A stretch of 64,000 bases of DNA from an uncultured cyanobacterium (GTDB lineage Bacteria > Cyanobacteriota > Cyanobacteriia > PCC-6307 > Cyanobiaceae), in assembly GCA_963765575.1 (NCBI GenBank), contig CAVXWZ010000011.1, positions 608,001 through 672,000 on the forward strand. The letters run 5' to 3'. The first letter of the stretch is position 1. Every line of letters begins with the position of its first letter. Under the pieces are notes generated by a model. That model did not search any database and was not told where the DNA came from. It saw only the letters and a program-made list of their open reading frames with translations. The translations under genes and the position numbers were made by a program. This document shows, piece after piece, positions 1 through 9,027 of the stretch.

Positions 1-2
1 CC

Positions 3-203
3 AAGGCCGATGCGGTGCCGCAGCAGTCGCGGGCGGCCACGGGGGTGCGCCTGCAACGGCTCGATGCCCGTGATCGCCTCGCCGAGGTGGTGCTGGTGCC
101 GCCGGCGGCCGAGGAGGAGGAGGCTGCCCCGGAAGATGGCGCTCAAGATGCTGCTCCGCCGTCGTCAGCGGAGGCCGATACCGCTGAGGGGAGTGGGAGC
201 TGA
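3..203 (+). CDS. gyrA: DNA gyrase subunit A, C-terminal end (partial, runs off window start)
   Basis: KADAVPQQSRAATGVRLQRLD matches the last GyrA beta-pinwheel repeat, followed by an acidic tail; frame open from position 3. Confidence 0.85.
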   Translation, partial: KADAVPQQSRAATGVRLQRLDARDRLAEVVLVPPAAEEEEAAPEDGAQDAAPPSSAEADTAEGSGS

Positions 204-238
204 CCAGTCCAGGGGCTCCGTGGCAAGCTCCGGCGGAT

Positions 239-1552
239 GTGCTGGTGGTGGGGGGCGGCCCGGCGGCCCTGGCGATCGCCGCCGCCCTGGGCACTGAACA
301 GCTGCGGGTGACGGTGCTGAGCGCGGCCGATCCGGCCGAGCCCTGGCCCAACACCTACGGCATCTGGGCTGGGGAGGCGGATGACGCCGGGCTGTCCCAC
401 CTGCTCGAGCACCGCTGGAGCCACACCTGCAGCTACTTCGGAGCCGGCGGCGCGTCAGGGCCCGCCGCTGCCCCCACGCCCCATGGCCGCGACTACGGGC
501 TGTTCGACAAGACACTGCTGCAGCGCCACTGGCTCGATCAGTGCGCCGCCGCCGGGGTGCGCTGGGAGCGGGGGCAGGCCCGGGAACTCGCCTTCTGCGC
601 CGCGGCGGGGCAGAGCAGCACGGCGGAGTCGGCCGCCAGGCCCGGGGCCCTCAGCGTGGTGCGCTGTGACGACGGCCGGGAGCTGCGGGCCCGGCTGGTG
701 GTGGATGCCACGGGACACCGGGCGGCCCTGATCAGGCGGCCGGATCGGGGGCCGGTGGCCGCCCAGGCCGCCTACGGGGTGGTGGGACGCTTCAGCGCCC
801 CGCCCGTGCAGGCCGGTCAGTTCGTGCTCATGGACTTTCGCTGCGACCACCTCAGCCCCGCCGAGCGCCTGGACCCACCCACCTTTCTCTACGCCATGGA
901 TCTGGGGGAAGGCCGCCACTTTGTGGAGGAGACGTCGCTGGCCCTGGCGCCAGCCGTGCCCTTCACCACCCTGCGCCAGCGGCTGGAGCGACGGCTGGCC
1001 CATCGCGGCGTGGTGATCGAGGCGGTGGAGCACGAGGAGTTCTGCCTGTTCCCGATGAATCTGCCGCTGCCTGATCGTGATCAACCGTTGCTGGCCTTCG
1101 GTGGGGCCGCGGCGATGGTGCACCCAGCCTCTGGCTATCTGGTGGGGGCGCTGCTGCGCCGAGCCCCGGGGCTCGGCGCAGCCCTGGCCGCGGCCCTGGC
1201 GGATCCCCAGGCCTCCCCGGCCGAGCTGGCCGCCGCCGGCTGGCAGGCGCTCTGGCCCCCGGAACTGCGCCGCAAGCAGGCCCTCTATCAATTCGGTTTG
1301 GAGAAGCTGATGCGCTTCCCTGAGGCCCAGCTGCGGGCCTTCTTCGCCACTTTCTTTGCCCTGCCGCCGGCGCAGTGGAGCGGTTTTCTGACCAACACCC
1401 TGAGTCTCGCGGAGCTGGTGAGCGCCATGCTGGGCCTCTTCGCCGCAGCCCCCTGGAGCGTCAGGGCCGGCTTGCTCAGCCTGCGGGGCCGGGAGGCGGC
1501 GCTGCTCTCCCAGGTGCTCAGTGGGGGGGCGTCACCCAGTCGGCGGCGTTGA
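239..1552 (+). CDS. crtL: Lycopene cyclase (CrtL type)
   Basis: DVLVVGGGPA FAD motif, WPNTYGIW, FLYAMDLG..FVEETSL, MVHPASGY; the true start may be slightly upstream (CTG at 200). Confidence 0.9.
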   Translation: MLVVGGGPAALAIAAALGTEQLRVTVLSAADPAEPWPNTYGIWAGEADDAGLSHLLEHRWSHTCSYFGAGGASGPAAAPTPHGRDYGLFDKTLLQRHWLDQCAAAGVRWERGQARELAFCAAAGQSSTAESAARPGALSVVRCDDGRELRARLVVDATGHRAALIRRPDRGPVAAQAAYGVVGRFSAPPVQAGQFVLMDFRCDHLSPAERLDPPTFLYAMDLGEGRHFVEETSLALAPAVPFTTLRQRLERRLAHRGVVIEAVEHEEFCLFPMNLPLPDRDQPLLAFGGAAAMVHPASGYLVGALLRRAPGLGAALAAALADPQASPAELAAAGWQALWPPELRRKQALYQFGLEKLMRFPEAQLRAFFATFFALPPAQWSGFLTNTLSLAELVSAMLGLFAAAPWSVRAGLLSLRGREAALLSQVLSGGASPSRRR

Positions 1553-3116
1553 GCTGGGGAAAGAGCCGGTCTTCGAGCCGCACCGCTGCCAGCCAGGCGA
1601 CCGGCAACTCCCGGTTGTGGTCGATGGCATCGAGCAGCCGCCAGAAGCGATCGAGGTGGCGCTTGATGCGCTCCCGGGCCAGGTCGGTGGTGGTGCCGGC
1701 CCTGAGGATGAAGCTCCAGTCGGAGCTCTGGGCCAGCAACAACTCCCGGCCCGCCTGGGTGAGCAGGTCGCGCTGGCCGCGGTTGGCCACGCCCCGGTTG
1801 ACCCGTCGCACCATGGCCAGGGAGGCCCGCTGCCACTCCGGCACCACCCAGGCGTTGCTGTCGTTGAGCCAGTAGTCGTGGTAGCCACCCTGGCCCCAGC
1901 TGCTGGGCGAGGGCCGGCACACCTGCAGGCTGGGACGCTGCTGCACGGCGTCGCGCAGGGTCACCAGGCGCACGCCGGCCTGGCGGCACTGGCTGAAGAG
2001 CGCCGCCAGGAACTGGGGCCCCTCGAACCACCAGTGCCCGAACAGCTCGGCGTCGAAGGGGGCCACCAGCAGGGGCACGGGTTCCATCGAACCGCCCAGT
2101 TCCTCCAGCTCGGCGGCCCGGCCCTGCAGGTAGGCGGCGGCGTGCTCCTGTACACGTCCGGCGGCGACGGCGGGGTCATAGGGCTGCTTGTGCTCCAGGG
2201 GGCAGCCCTGGGCGGTGACCCGGTGCAGCTTCAGGCCCAGGGGGCGGCGGCTGCCGATGCCGGCGGCATCGAGTTGCGACTCGGGCAGATCCCAGCCCAG
2301 GTCGCGGTGGAATTCCCGGTAGGCCCCGTCACCGGGGTAGCCCTCGCGGGCACTCCACACCGGCAGGGTGGCGTTGCCGTCACGCCCGAAAAAGGCCACC
2401 CCGGCGGGGGAGCAGATGGGCGCGAAGACGCCGTAGCGGGGGCGCGGCAAGGCATGCAGCAGGCCGTGGCCATCGAGCACCGAATAACGCAGCCCGCAGG
2501 CCACCAGCTGCTGATCGAGGCCTTCGTAGTAGGCACATTCCGGCAGCCAGATCCCCAGCGGCCGCTCACCCAGCTGGCGCTCGTGCTCCCGCACCGCATT
2601 GATCAGCTGGGCCTGCACCGCCTCGGGCACCTGGCGCAGCAATGGCAGATAGCCGTGGGTGGCGCCGCAGGTGATCAGGTCGAGCACGCCGCGCTGCTGC
2701 AGGCGCTGGAAGCGCTGCACCACCTGCCCCTTGTGGTCGAGCCACTGGCGCTCCACCGCCGCCAGTTGTTCACCCAGGTGGTGGGCGGCCAGCTGGTGGT
2801 CGGCCGGCGCCTGCTCCAGCAGCAGCTGCCGTTGCTCCAGCCAGGGCAGGAAGCGGGCGTTCAGCTCCCGGTCGGCCAGCAGGCTGAGCAGGGTGGGCGA
2901 GAGCCCGAGGGTGAGCCGCGCCTGCTGGCGGCGATCGGCGGCCGCGGCCTCCAGCACCGCCAGCAGGGGCAGGTAACACTCCTGCAGCGCCTGGAAGTAC
3001 CAGTCCTCCTCCAGGGAACCGGCCTCGCCGCTGCGCACATAGGGGAGATGGGCGTGGAGGACGAGGGCCAGATCACCGGAGCACCGATCGCCGCTGGCCG
3101 GATCGCCGTTGCCCAT
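1518..3116 (-). CDS. Glycoside hydrolase family 57 protein (DUF1957; GH57 branching-enzyme-like)
   Basis: LVLHAHLPYV, ATHGYLPLL, GIWLPECAY, PFDAELFGHWWFEG and LAQSSDWSF motifs; ATG at 3116 preferred. Confidence 0.9.
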   Translation of the reverse strand: MGNGDPASGDRCSGDLALVLHAHLPYVRSGEAGSLEEDWYFQALQECYLPLLAVLEAAAADRRQQARLTLGLSPTLLSLLADRELNARFLPWLEQRQLLLEQAPADHQLAAHHLGEQLAAVERQWLDHKGQVVQRFQRLQQRGVLDLITCGATHGYLPLLRQVPEAVQAQLINAVREHERQLGERPLGIWLPECAYYEGLDQQLVACGLRYSVLDGHGLLHALPRPRYGVFAPICSPAGVAFFGRDGNATLPVWSAREGYPGDGAYREFHRDLGWDLPESQLDAAGIGSRRPLGLKLHRVTAQGCPLEHKQPYDPAVAAGRVQEHAAAYLQGRAAELEELGGSMEPVPLLVAPFDAELFGHWWFEGPQFLAALFSQCRQAGVRLVTLRDAVQQRPSLQVCRPSPSSWGQGGYHDYWLNDSNAWVVPEWQRASLAMVRRVNRGVANRGQRDLLTQAGRELLLAQSSDWSFILRAGTTTDLARERIKRHLDRFWRLLDAIDHNRELPVAWLAAVRLEDRLFPQLNAADWVTPPH

Positions 3117-3234
3117 GGCACCGCCGCACTCCGGCAACTCTACGGGCGGTTTCCGCAGCCACCGGCCGAGCCCGTGCGGCGGGGCTACGGTCGGGCCAGA
3201 GCCACCCCTGCCCCGCCGTGCCCTGCCCCGATCC

Positions 3235-3858
3235 GTGACCGTTTCAGAGTTGGCCCCCTCTGCGGCCACCGGATCCCGGCGGCGCTTGGTGCTTGCGGTT
3301 GATGGCCACAGCATGTTCTACGCGCAGCAGAAGCTGGGCTGGTTCTTCGATCCCCGCCGGCTGCTGGCCCATGCCCAGAGCCAGCCGGAGCTGGAGCTCA
3401 GCAGTGCCTTCTGGTATGCCGGTCTGCGCGATCCCGGCGATCAGCGTCCCTTCCGCGACGCCCTCACCAGCCTGGGCTTCACGGTGCGCACCCGCCCGCT
3501 GCGGGAACTGAGCGGCGGCGGCAGTGGCGGCGGCGGCCCTGGCGGTGGCGGGGCCGCTGGCGGCGAGGGGGACGCCCGCCCCCACTTCGTGCGGGCCAAC
3601 CTGGATGTGGAGATCGCCGTGGATCTGATGGCGGTGGCCGGCCGCACTGAGGTGGTGTGGCTGCTCAGCGGCAGCCGTGACCTCGAGCGGCTTGTGGAGG
3701 TGCTGCGGGCCCGGGGTCTGCAGGTGGTGCTGATGAGCACCGAGGGGATGGTGGCGCGGGAGCTGCGCAACGCGGTGGACCGCTTCGTGGATCTGGCCCA
3801 GCTGCGGCTGCAACTGGAGAAGGCCGAAGCCCTGCAGCCCCCGGTGTTCTCCCGCTGA
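3235..3858 (+). CDS. NYN domain (LabA/DUF88-like) protein
   Basis: VDGHSMFY, ANLDVEIAVD, LLSGSRDL..LVE, ELRNAVDRFVDL; start codon uncertain. Confidence 0.8.
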   Translation: MTVSELAPSAATGSRRRLVLAVDGHSMFYAQQKLGWFFDPRRLLAHAQSQPELELSSAFWYAGLRDPGDQRPFRDALTSLGFTVRTRPLRELSGGGSGGGGPGGGGAAGGEGDARPHFVRANLDVEIAVDLMAVAGRTEVVWLLSGSRDLERLVEVLRARGLQVVLMSTEGMVARELRNAVDRFVDLAQLRLQLEKAEALQPPVFSR

Positions 3859-3922
3859 GGGCGGCCGCCCCAGCCCCTAGGATGGGGCTAACTCATAGTT
3901 ATTCCGCATAGGGAGCCCTGCG

Positions 3923-5566
3923 ATGGCCCGCGACCCCGGCCGGGTGCTGATCTTCGACACCACCCTGCGCGACGGCGAGCAGTCGCCCGGTGCCAGCCTC
4001 AACCTGGAGGAGAAGCTCGCCATTGCCCAGCAGCTCGCCCGCCTGGGGGTGGACATCATCGAGGCCGGCTTCCCCTTCGCCAGCTCCGGCGACTTCAACG
4101 CCGTGCAGCGCATCGCCGAGGCTGTGGGCACGGCCGACGGCCCGGTGATCTGCGGGTTGGCCCGCGCCGCTGCGGGAGACATCAAGGCCTGTGCCGATGC
4201 CGTGGCGCCCGCCACCCGCCGCCGCATCCACACCTTCATCGCCACCAGCGACATCCACCTGGAGCACAAGCTGCGCAAGAGCCGCGCTGACGTGCTGGCG
4301 ATCACCGCCGAGATGGTCGACTACGCCCGCTCCCTGGTGGATGACGTGGAGTTCTCCTGCGAGGACGCCGGCCGTTCCGATCCCGAGTTTCTCTATGAGG
4401 TGATCGAGGCGGCCATCCAGGCCGGCGCCACCACGATCAACATCCCCGACACGGTGGGCTATGCCACCCCGGCGGAATTCGGTGCCCTGATCGCCGGCAT
4501 CAACAGCCACGTGCCCAGCATCGATCAGGCGGTGATCTCCGTGCATGGCCACAACGATCTGGGCCTGGCGGTGGCCAACTTCCTCGAGGCCGTCAAGAAC
4601 GGCGCCCGCCAGCTCGAGTGCACGATCAACGGCATCGGCGAGCGGGCCGGCAACGCCTCGCTCGAGGAGCTGGTGATGGCGCTGCACGTGCGTCGCCGCT
4701 ACTTCAATCCCTTCCTGGGTCGGGCGGCCGATTGCTCCGATTCCCTCACCGGCGTGCGCACCCAGGAGATCACCAAGACCTCCCGGCTGGTGAGCAACCT
4801 CACCGGCATGGCGGTGCAGCCCAACAAGGCGATCGTGGGCGCCAACGCCTTCGCCCATGAGTCCGGCATTCACCAGGACGGCGTGCTCAAGAACCGCCTC
4901 ACCTACGAAATCATCGATGCCCGCACCGTGGGCCTCAGCGACAACCGCATCTCCCTGGGCAAGCTCTCGGGCCGCAGCGCCTTCCGGGCCCGGCTGGAGG
5001 AGCTCGGCTATGCCCTCACCCGCGACGACCTCGACGACGCCTTTGCCCGCTTCAAGGAGCTGGCCGATCGCAAGCGGGAGATCACCGACCGGGATCTGGA
5101 GGCGATCGTGAGCGAGCAGGTGCAGCACAACGACCAGGTGGTGTACACCCTGCGCAGCGTGCAGGTGAGCTGCGGCACCGGCCTGCAGCCCACCGCCACG
5201 GTCAGCCTGCTCAACGCCGACGGTGCCGAGCTCAACGAGGCCGCGATCGGCACCGGTCCGGTGGATGCCGTCTGTCAGGCCCTCAACCGTCTCGCCCAGG
5301 TGCCCAACGAGCTGGTGGAGTTCTCGGTCAAAAGCGTCACCGAGGGCATCGATGCCATGGGCGAGGTGACCATCCGCCTGCGTCATCAGGGGGCGCTCTA
5401 CTCCGGCCATGCCGCCGACACGGACATCGTGGTGGCGGCGGCCCAGGCCTTCGTCAATGCCCTCAATCGGTTGCTGGCGTGCAGCCAGCAACTGCCGCTC
5501 CATCCCCAGAAGGCCCCCCTGCCGGCGCTGGGAGATCTGCCGCTGGCGCAGCGGCCGCGGGTATGA
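3923..5566 (+). CDS. leuA: 2-isopropylmalate synthase
   Basis: [39 protein letters not shown]-terminal regulatory domain. Confidence 0.97.
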   Translation: MARDPGRVLIFDTTLRDGEQSPGASLNLEEKLAIAQQLARLGVDIIEAGFPFASSGDFNAVQRIAEAVGTADGPVICGLARAAAGDIKACADAVAPATRRRIHTFIATSDIHLEHKLRKSRADVLAITAEMVDYARSLVDDVEFSCEDAGRSDPEFLYEVIEAAIQAGATTINIPDTVGYATPAEFGALIAGINSHVPSIDQAVISVHGHNDLGLAVANFLEAVKNGARQLECTINGIGERAGNASLEELVMALHVRRRYFNPFLGRAADCSDSLTGVRTQEITKTSRLVSNLTGMAVQPNKAIVGANAFAHESGIHQDGVLKNRLTYEIIDARTVGLSDNRISLGKLSGRSAFRARLEELGYALTRDDLDDAFARFKELADRKREITDRDLEAIVSEQVQHNDQVVYTLRSVQVSCGTGLQPTATVSLLNADGAELNEAAIGTGPVDAVCQALNRLAQVPNELVEFSVKSVTEGIDAMGEVTIRLRHQGALYSGHAADTDIVVAAAQAFVNALNRLLACSQQLPLHPQKAPLPALGDLPLAQRPRV

Positions 5567-6411
5567 GCCAGCTCCGTCCCGGCACCCCCCGCTCGCCCCT
5601 GGCGGCGGGTCTGCAGCTGGCCCTGCTGCTGTTGGTGGCCCTGGCCATGCTCGTGCCCCTGCTGTGGCTGGTGAGCACCTCCTTGAAGGGGCCGGCCGAG
5701 AACATCTTCACCAGCCCGCCGGCGCTGCTGCCCGCCGAGCCCAGCCTCGAGGCCTACCGGCGTCTGTTCGCCGACAGTCCGATGGGCACCTACCTGCGCA
5801 ACAGCACGATCGTCAGCGCCCTGGCGGTGTTCGCCAACCTCAGCTTCTGCTCCCTGGCGGCCTACCCCCTGGCGCGGATGCGCTTCGCCGGCCGGGGGCT
5901 GGTGCTGGCCCTGGTGGTGGCCACGATCCTGATCCCCTTCCAGGTGGTGATGATTCCGCTCTACCTGCTGATGGTGCAGATCGGCCTGCGCAACACCCTC
6001 TGGGCCCTGATCATTCCCCAGGCCGCCACCGCCTTCGGCATCTTCCTGCTGCGGCAGAGCTTCCTCGGCGTGCCGGTGGAGCTGGAGGAGGCGGCCCGCA
6101 GCGATGGCTGCACACCCATCGGTGAATGGTGGAACGTGATGATTCCCGCCGCCCGGGCCGATCTGATCACCCTGGCGATGTTTGTGTTCATCGGCACCTG
6201 GAGCGACTTCCTCTGGCCGCTGGTGATCCTCGATGAACCCGAGCTCTACACCCTGCCGCTTGGGCTGCAGCAGCTGGCCAGCAGCTTCTCGCTCGACTGG
6301 CGGCTGGTGGCCGCCGGTGCGGTGGTGTCGATCCTGCCGGTGCTGCTGCTGTTCATCGGCCTGCAGCGCTACATCCTGCCCAGCGCCAGTGGCGATGCCG
6401 TGAAGGGCTGA
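5563..6411 (+). CDS. Carbohydrate ABC transporter permease
   Basis: ATGA overlap with leuA stop; six TM segments; EAA loop [18 protein letters not shown]. Confidence 0.9.
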   Translation: MSQLRPGTPRSPLAAGLQLALLLLVALAMLVPLLWLVSTSLKGPAENIFTSPPALLPAEPSLEAYRRLFADSPMGTYLRNSTIVSALAVFANLSFCSLAAYPLARMRFAGRGLVLALVVATILIPFQVVMIPLYLLMVQIGLRNTLWALIIPQAATAFGIFLLRQSFLGVPVELEEAARSDGCTPIGEWWNVMIPAARADLITLAMFVFIGTWSDFLWPLVILDEPELYTLPLGLQQLASSFSLDWRLVAAGAVVSILPVLLLFIGLQRYILPSASGDAVKG

Positions 6412-6423
6412 GAGACCTGGGAG

Positions 6424-6915
6424 TTAGGGCGGTCCTGCGGCTCCCGGGCTGGCGGGGCGTGGGGCACCAGCGGCGGCTGCCGGCTCAGCTCCTGCCGGGT
6501 TCCCCTCGCCGCTGCTGGGGGGTGTGGCCGGAGGCGTTGGTGGCGGAGCAGGGGGCTGCCGGCTGAGCTGTTCGCTCAGGGCCTCGATTTCGGCCTGCAG
6601 CACATCCACCCGGCTGTCGTTGCGCTCCAACGTCTGCAGGCGCTCCACGGCGGCGCGCAGCTGATCCTCCAGCCCGGTGGTGCGTTCCAGGGCACGGCTG
6701 TTCTCGAGGCCCTGGAGGCGCTCCTGCAGCTCCTGGATCTTGGTGCCCTGCTGGCGCGTCTGCACCAGCAGGGCCACGAACAGCACGGCCACCAGCGCGG
6801 TGATGCCGGCCTGCACCCACAGCAGCCAGTCGGGCAGCGGCGGCAGGCCGCCCGCCGCCGGGCCGGAGCCGGAATCGCTGCCGGAAGAGCCTGGGGCCAG
6901 TGGGCTGGGGTCCAT
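6424..6915 (-). CDS. Hypothetical single-TM coiled-coil protein
   Basis: One hydrophobic helix, heptad-rich segment, Pro-rich tail; host-like codon usage. Confidence 0.65.
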   Translation of the reverse strand: MDPSPLAPGSSGSDSGSGPAAGGLPPLPDWLLWVQAGITALVAVLFVALLVQTRQQGTKIQELQERLQGLENSRALERTTGLEDQLRAAVERLQTLERNDSRVDVLQAEIEALSEQLSRQPPAPPPTPPATPPSSGEGNPAGAEPAAAAGAPRPASPGAAGPP

Positions 6916-6977
6916 CCGATCGGCTCGCCTGCCCCAATCCTGCCCGATTGCCGCCAGGGCTTCAGGGATCAGCGGGG

Positions 6978-7262
6978 TCAGCTTTTGTCGGTGCGGTCGG
7001 ATCGGCTGCGGCCCACCCCATAGCCCACCAGCACCCCCACCAGACCTCCCGCCATGGCGCCCTGCAGGCGCAGAAAATCACGCCGCATGCGCAATGGCAG
7101 TCGGCCCAGCTGCAGGCCCACCAGCAGCGCCAGGGTGATGGTGAGGGCCAGCCCGCCACCGCCCACCAGTCCCAACCCGCCCCGGCCGGATGTCTTCGCT
7201 GGCATCGGTGGCTGGGGTTGCTGAGTTTGGTGCTGAGGTTGTTGCGGTGGCGGGGGCGTCAT
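6978..7262 (-). CDS. Hypothetical small membrane protein
   Basis: Two Gly/Leu-rich hydrophobic segments; start uncertain (7262 or 7205). Confidence 0.55.
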   Translation of the reverse strand: MTPPPPQQPQHQTQQPQPPMPAKTSGRGGLGLVGGGGLALTITLALLVGLQLGRLPLRMRRDFLRLQGAMAGGLVGVLVGYGVGRSRSDRTDKS

Positions 7263-7362
7263 CAGCGAGTGGTGCCCTGCGGTCTGGGTCTGATCATTGT
7301 CGATGGGGGCGCAGCGCGTCGACGGCCGTTCAAGGATCCAGGACCACCGCCTGCGGTGGCGG

Positions 7363-7512
7363 GGCGCCACTCCACTCCTGTTCAGCTCCACCTGCGGCAT
7401 CCCCGATCCCGAGCAGATCCCAATCCGCGAAGCCACCCCCCAGCGGCCGATCAATCCCTACGGCCGCAGCCAATGAACGGTGGAGCAGTTGCTGGCCGAT
7501 TTCGCCGCTGGC
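7363..7512 (+). pseudogene. galE: Internal fragment (relic) of UDP-glucose 4-epimerase
   Basis: Frame reads GATPLLFSSTC-GIPDPEQIPIREATPQRPINPYGRSQ*TVEQLLADFAAG, matching GalE FSSTCATYG...PINPYGRSKxMVEQLL; ATY deleted, K>Q, TGA at 7474-7476. Confidence 0.75.
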
Positions 7513-7515
7513 TGC

Positions 7516-9027
7516 TCACGCTGCACCACGGCTCTCGGCGGCCTGCAGCAGCTGGGCCGCCGTGGCGCCATACACCGCTTCGGCCTCCGCCGCGCTGCGG
7601 CCGATGCAGGTCATGCCCAGCTTGCCGAATTCCGACAGGCAGCCCAGCAGGTGGAACACGCTGCCGCGCAGCTGGGCCGGGTCGTAGTGCAGGCCCGCCT
7701 CGGCGACGATGTCGATCAGGTCGATCGGCAGCAGTCCGCGCAGGCGCGGATCGCAGAGGTTGTCGGTGGCCCGGTAGAAGAGCGGCGAGCCGGTGGGCGA
7801 GCGGTAGAGCCCGTCGTCCTCATGCATGCGGCCGCTGGTGATGGCGTTGAGGGCCATGTAGGGGTGGGTGGTGCCGCCCTGGCGCAGGTTCACCTCGATC
7901 GCCTGCAGCTCCCAGCGCTCGCCGAAGCGGCGGGCGATGAAGTCCACCGCATAGCGCTCCAGCGCTCCCTCCGCCGCCAGCGCCTCCCCCACCGCCCGGC
8001 CGTGGCGCAGCAGCAACCGCCGGTAGGCCTCGGCGGCCGGGAACTGGCAGCCCAGGTAGGTCTGCTGGTGCTCCCCGCCGAGCACCTGTTCGTGGCTGGA
8101 GAGCACCTCCACCTCCCCGGGCCCACCGTCGCTGCCGGGATGGATGATGCCCTGCACGCTGGGGGAGCGGATCGCCTCACCCCCCTCCAGCCAGGCCTCC
8201 ACCAGGGCCCCCTGTCCGGCCAGCAAGTCCAGCCAGTCCAGGGCGGGCATCGCCAGCTGCTCCAGGGCGGCGAGGATCCGCCGCCGCCTGCCGGCGGCCG
8301 TCAGCTCCGCCAACCCCAGGGGTTCGAGAGCCAGCGGGGCGTTGCCCTGTCCGCTGAAGCCCTCGTTGAGTTTCACCACACAGCGGCGCAGCTGCGGATC
8401 GGCCTCCCACAGCTCCGCTGTCACGTCGGCCAGGGCGGCGAGATCGTGCACCACCGCGCTGCCGGGCGGATGGGGCACGCCGCAGCGGGCGAACAGGGCC
8501 CGGCTGCCGGCCTTGCTGCCCCAGTGGGCCAGGGCCGGATCGGTGCCGAGCAGGGGGATCTGCAGCCGTTCCGAGAGCTGCCGCTCCAGGTCGCTCACCA
8601 CGAAGCAGCTGATGAAGCTGCGGCCGGGGCGCAGCAGCTCGGCGATGCGCTGCAGCAGGGCCGGACGCTCCAGCAGCTTGGCCGCCAGGGGCCGGCCGGA
8701 GGCGTCATCGGTGTCCACCAGATGCAGGCGCCGCCTGGCATGGGAGGTGGGCACCCCCGGCAGCAGCTCCAGCACCGCATCCACCACCAGGTCGGCCAGG
8801 GGCTTGCTGCTGGCATAGACCATGCGCACCCCTGGATGGCGCAGGCCGATCAGGGCGAACAGCTGGCGCTCCTCGTAGTGATGGGCTCCCGTCACCAACC
8901 CCATCTGGTGTTGATCCAGGGACAGCGACGGCACCATCAGCACGTCCACCTCCGGGCCATGGCCGCCCGTGGCCCGGCCCCAGGAGGGATGCAGCTGGGC
9001 CTGCAGCTGCCGGAAGCTGAGGGGCAT
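7516..9027 (-). CDS. ATP-grasp protein, peptide ligase PGM1-related
   Basis: HYEERQLF, WGSKAGSR, VVKLNEGFSGQGNA, SPSVQ, IEVNLRQGGTTHP, GKLGMTCIG; ATG overlaps upstream TGA. Confidence 0.85.
   Translation of the reverse strand: MPLSFRQLQAQLHPSWGRATGGHGPEVDVLMVPSLSLDQHQMGLVTGAHHYEERQLFALIGLRHPGVRMVYASSKPLADLVVDAVLELLPGVPTSHARRRLHLVDTDDASGRPLAAKLLERPALLQRIAELLRPGRSFISCFVVSDLERQLSERLQIPLLGTDPALAHWGSKAGSRALFARCGVPHPPGSAVVHDLAALADVTAELWEADPQLRRCVVKLNEGFSGQGNAPLALEPLGLAELTAAGRRRRILAALEQLAMPALDWLDLLAGQGALVEAWLEGGEAIRSPSVQGIIHPGSDGGPGEVEVLSSHEQVLGGEHQQTYLGCQFPAAEAYRRLLLRHGRAVGEALAAEGALERYAVDFIARRFGERWELQAIEVNLRQGGTTHPYMALNAITSGRMHEDDGLYRSPTGSPLFYRATDNLCDPRLRGLLPIDLIDIVAEAGLHYDPAQLRGSVFHLLGCLSEFGKLGMTCIGRSAAEAEAVYGATAAQLLQAAESRGAA

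Noticed and set aside
1518..1552. Convergent 3' overlaps (crtL/GH57; also malQ/RodZ-like at 34883-34922)
   Set aside because: Common in compact high-GC genomes; no evidence of special function
6978..7262. Small ORF as a precursor peptide for the ATP-grasp ligase
   Set aside because: Looks like a membrane protein; no leader/core pattern, protease or exporter nearby
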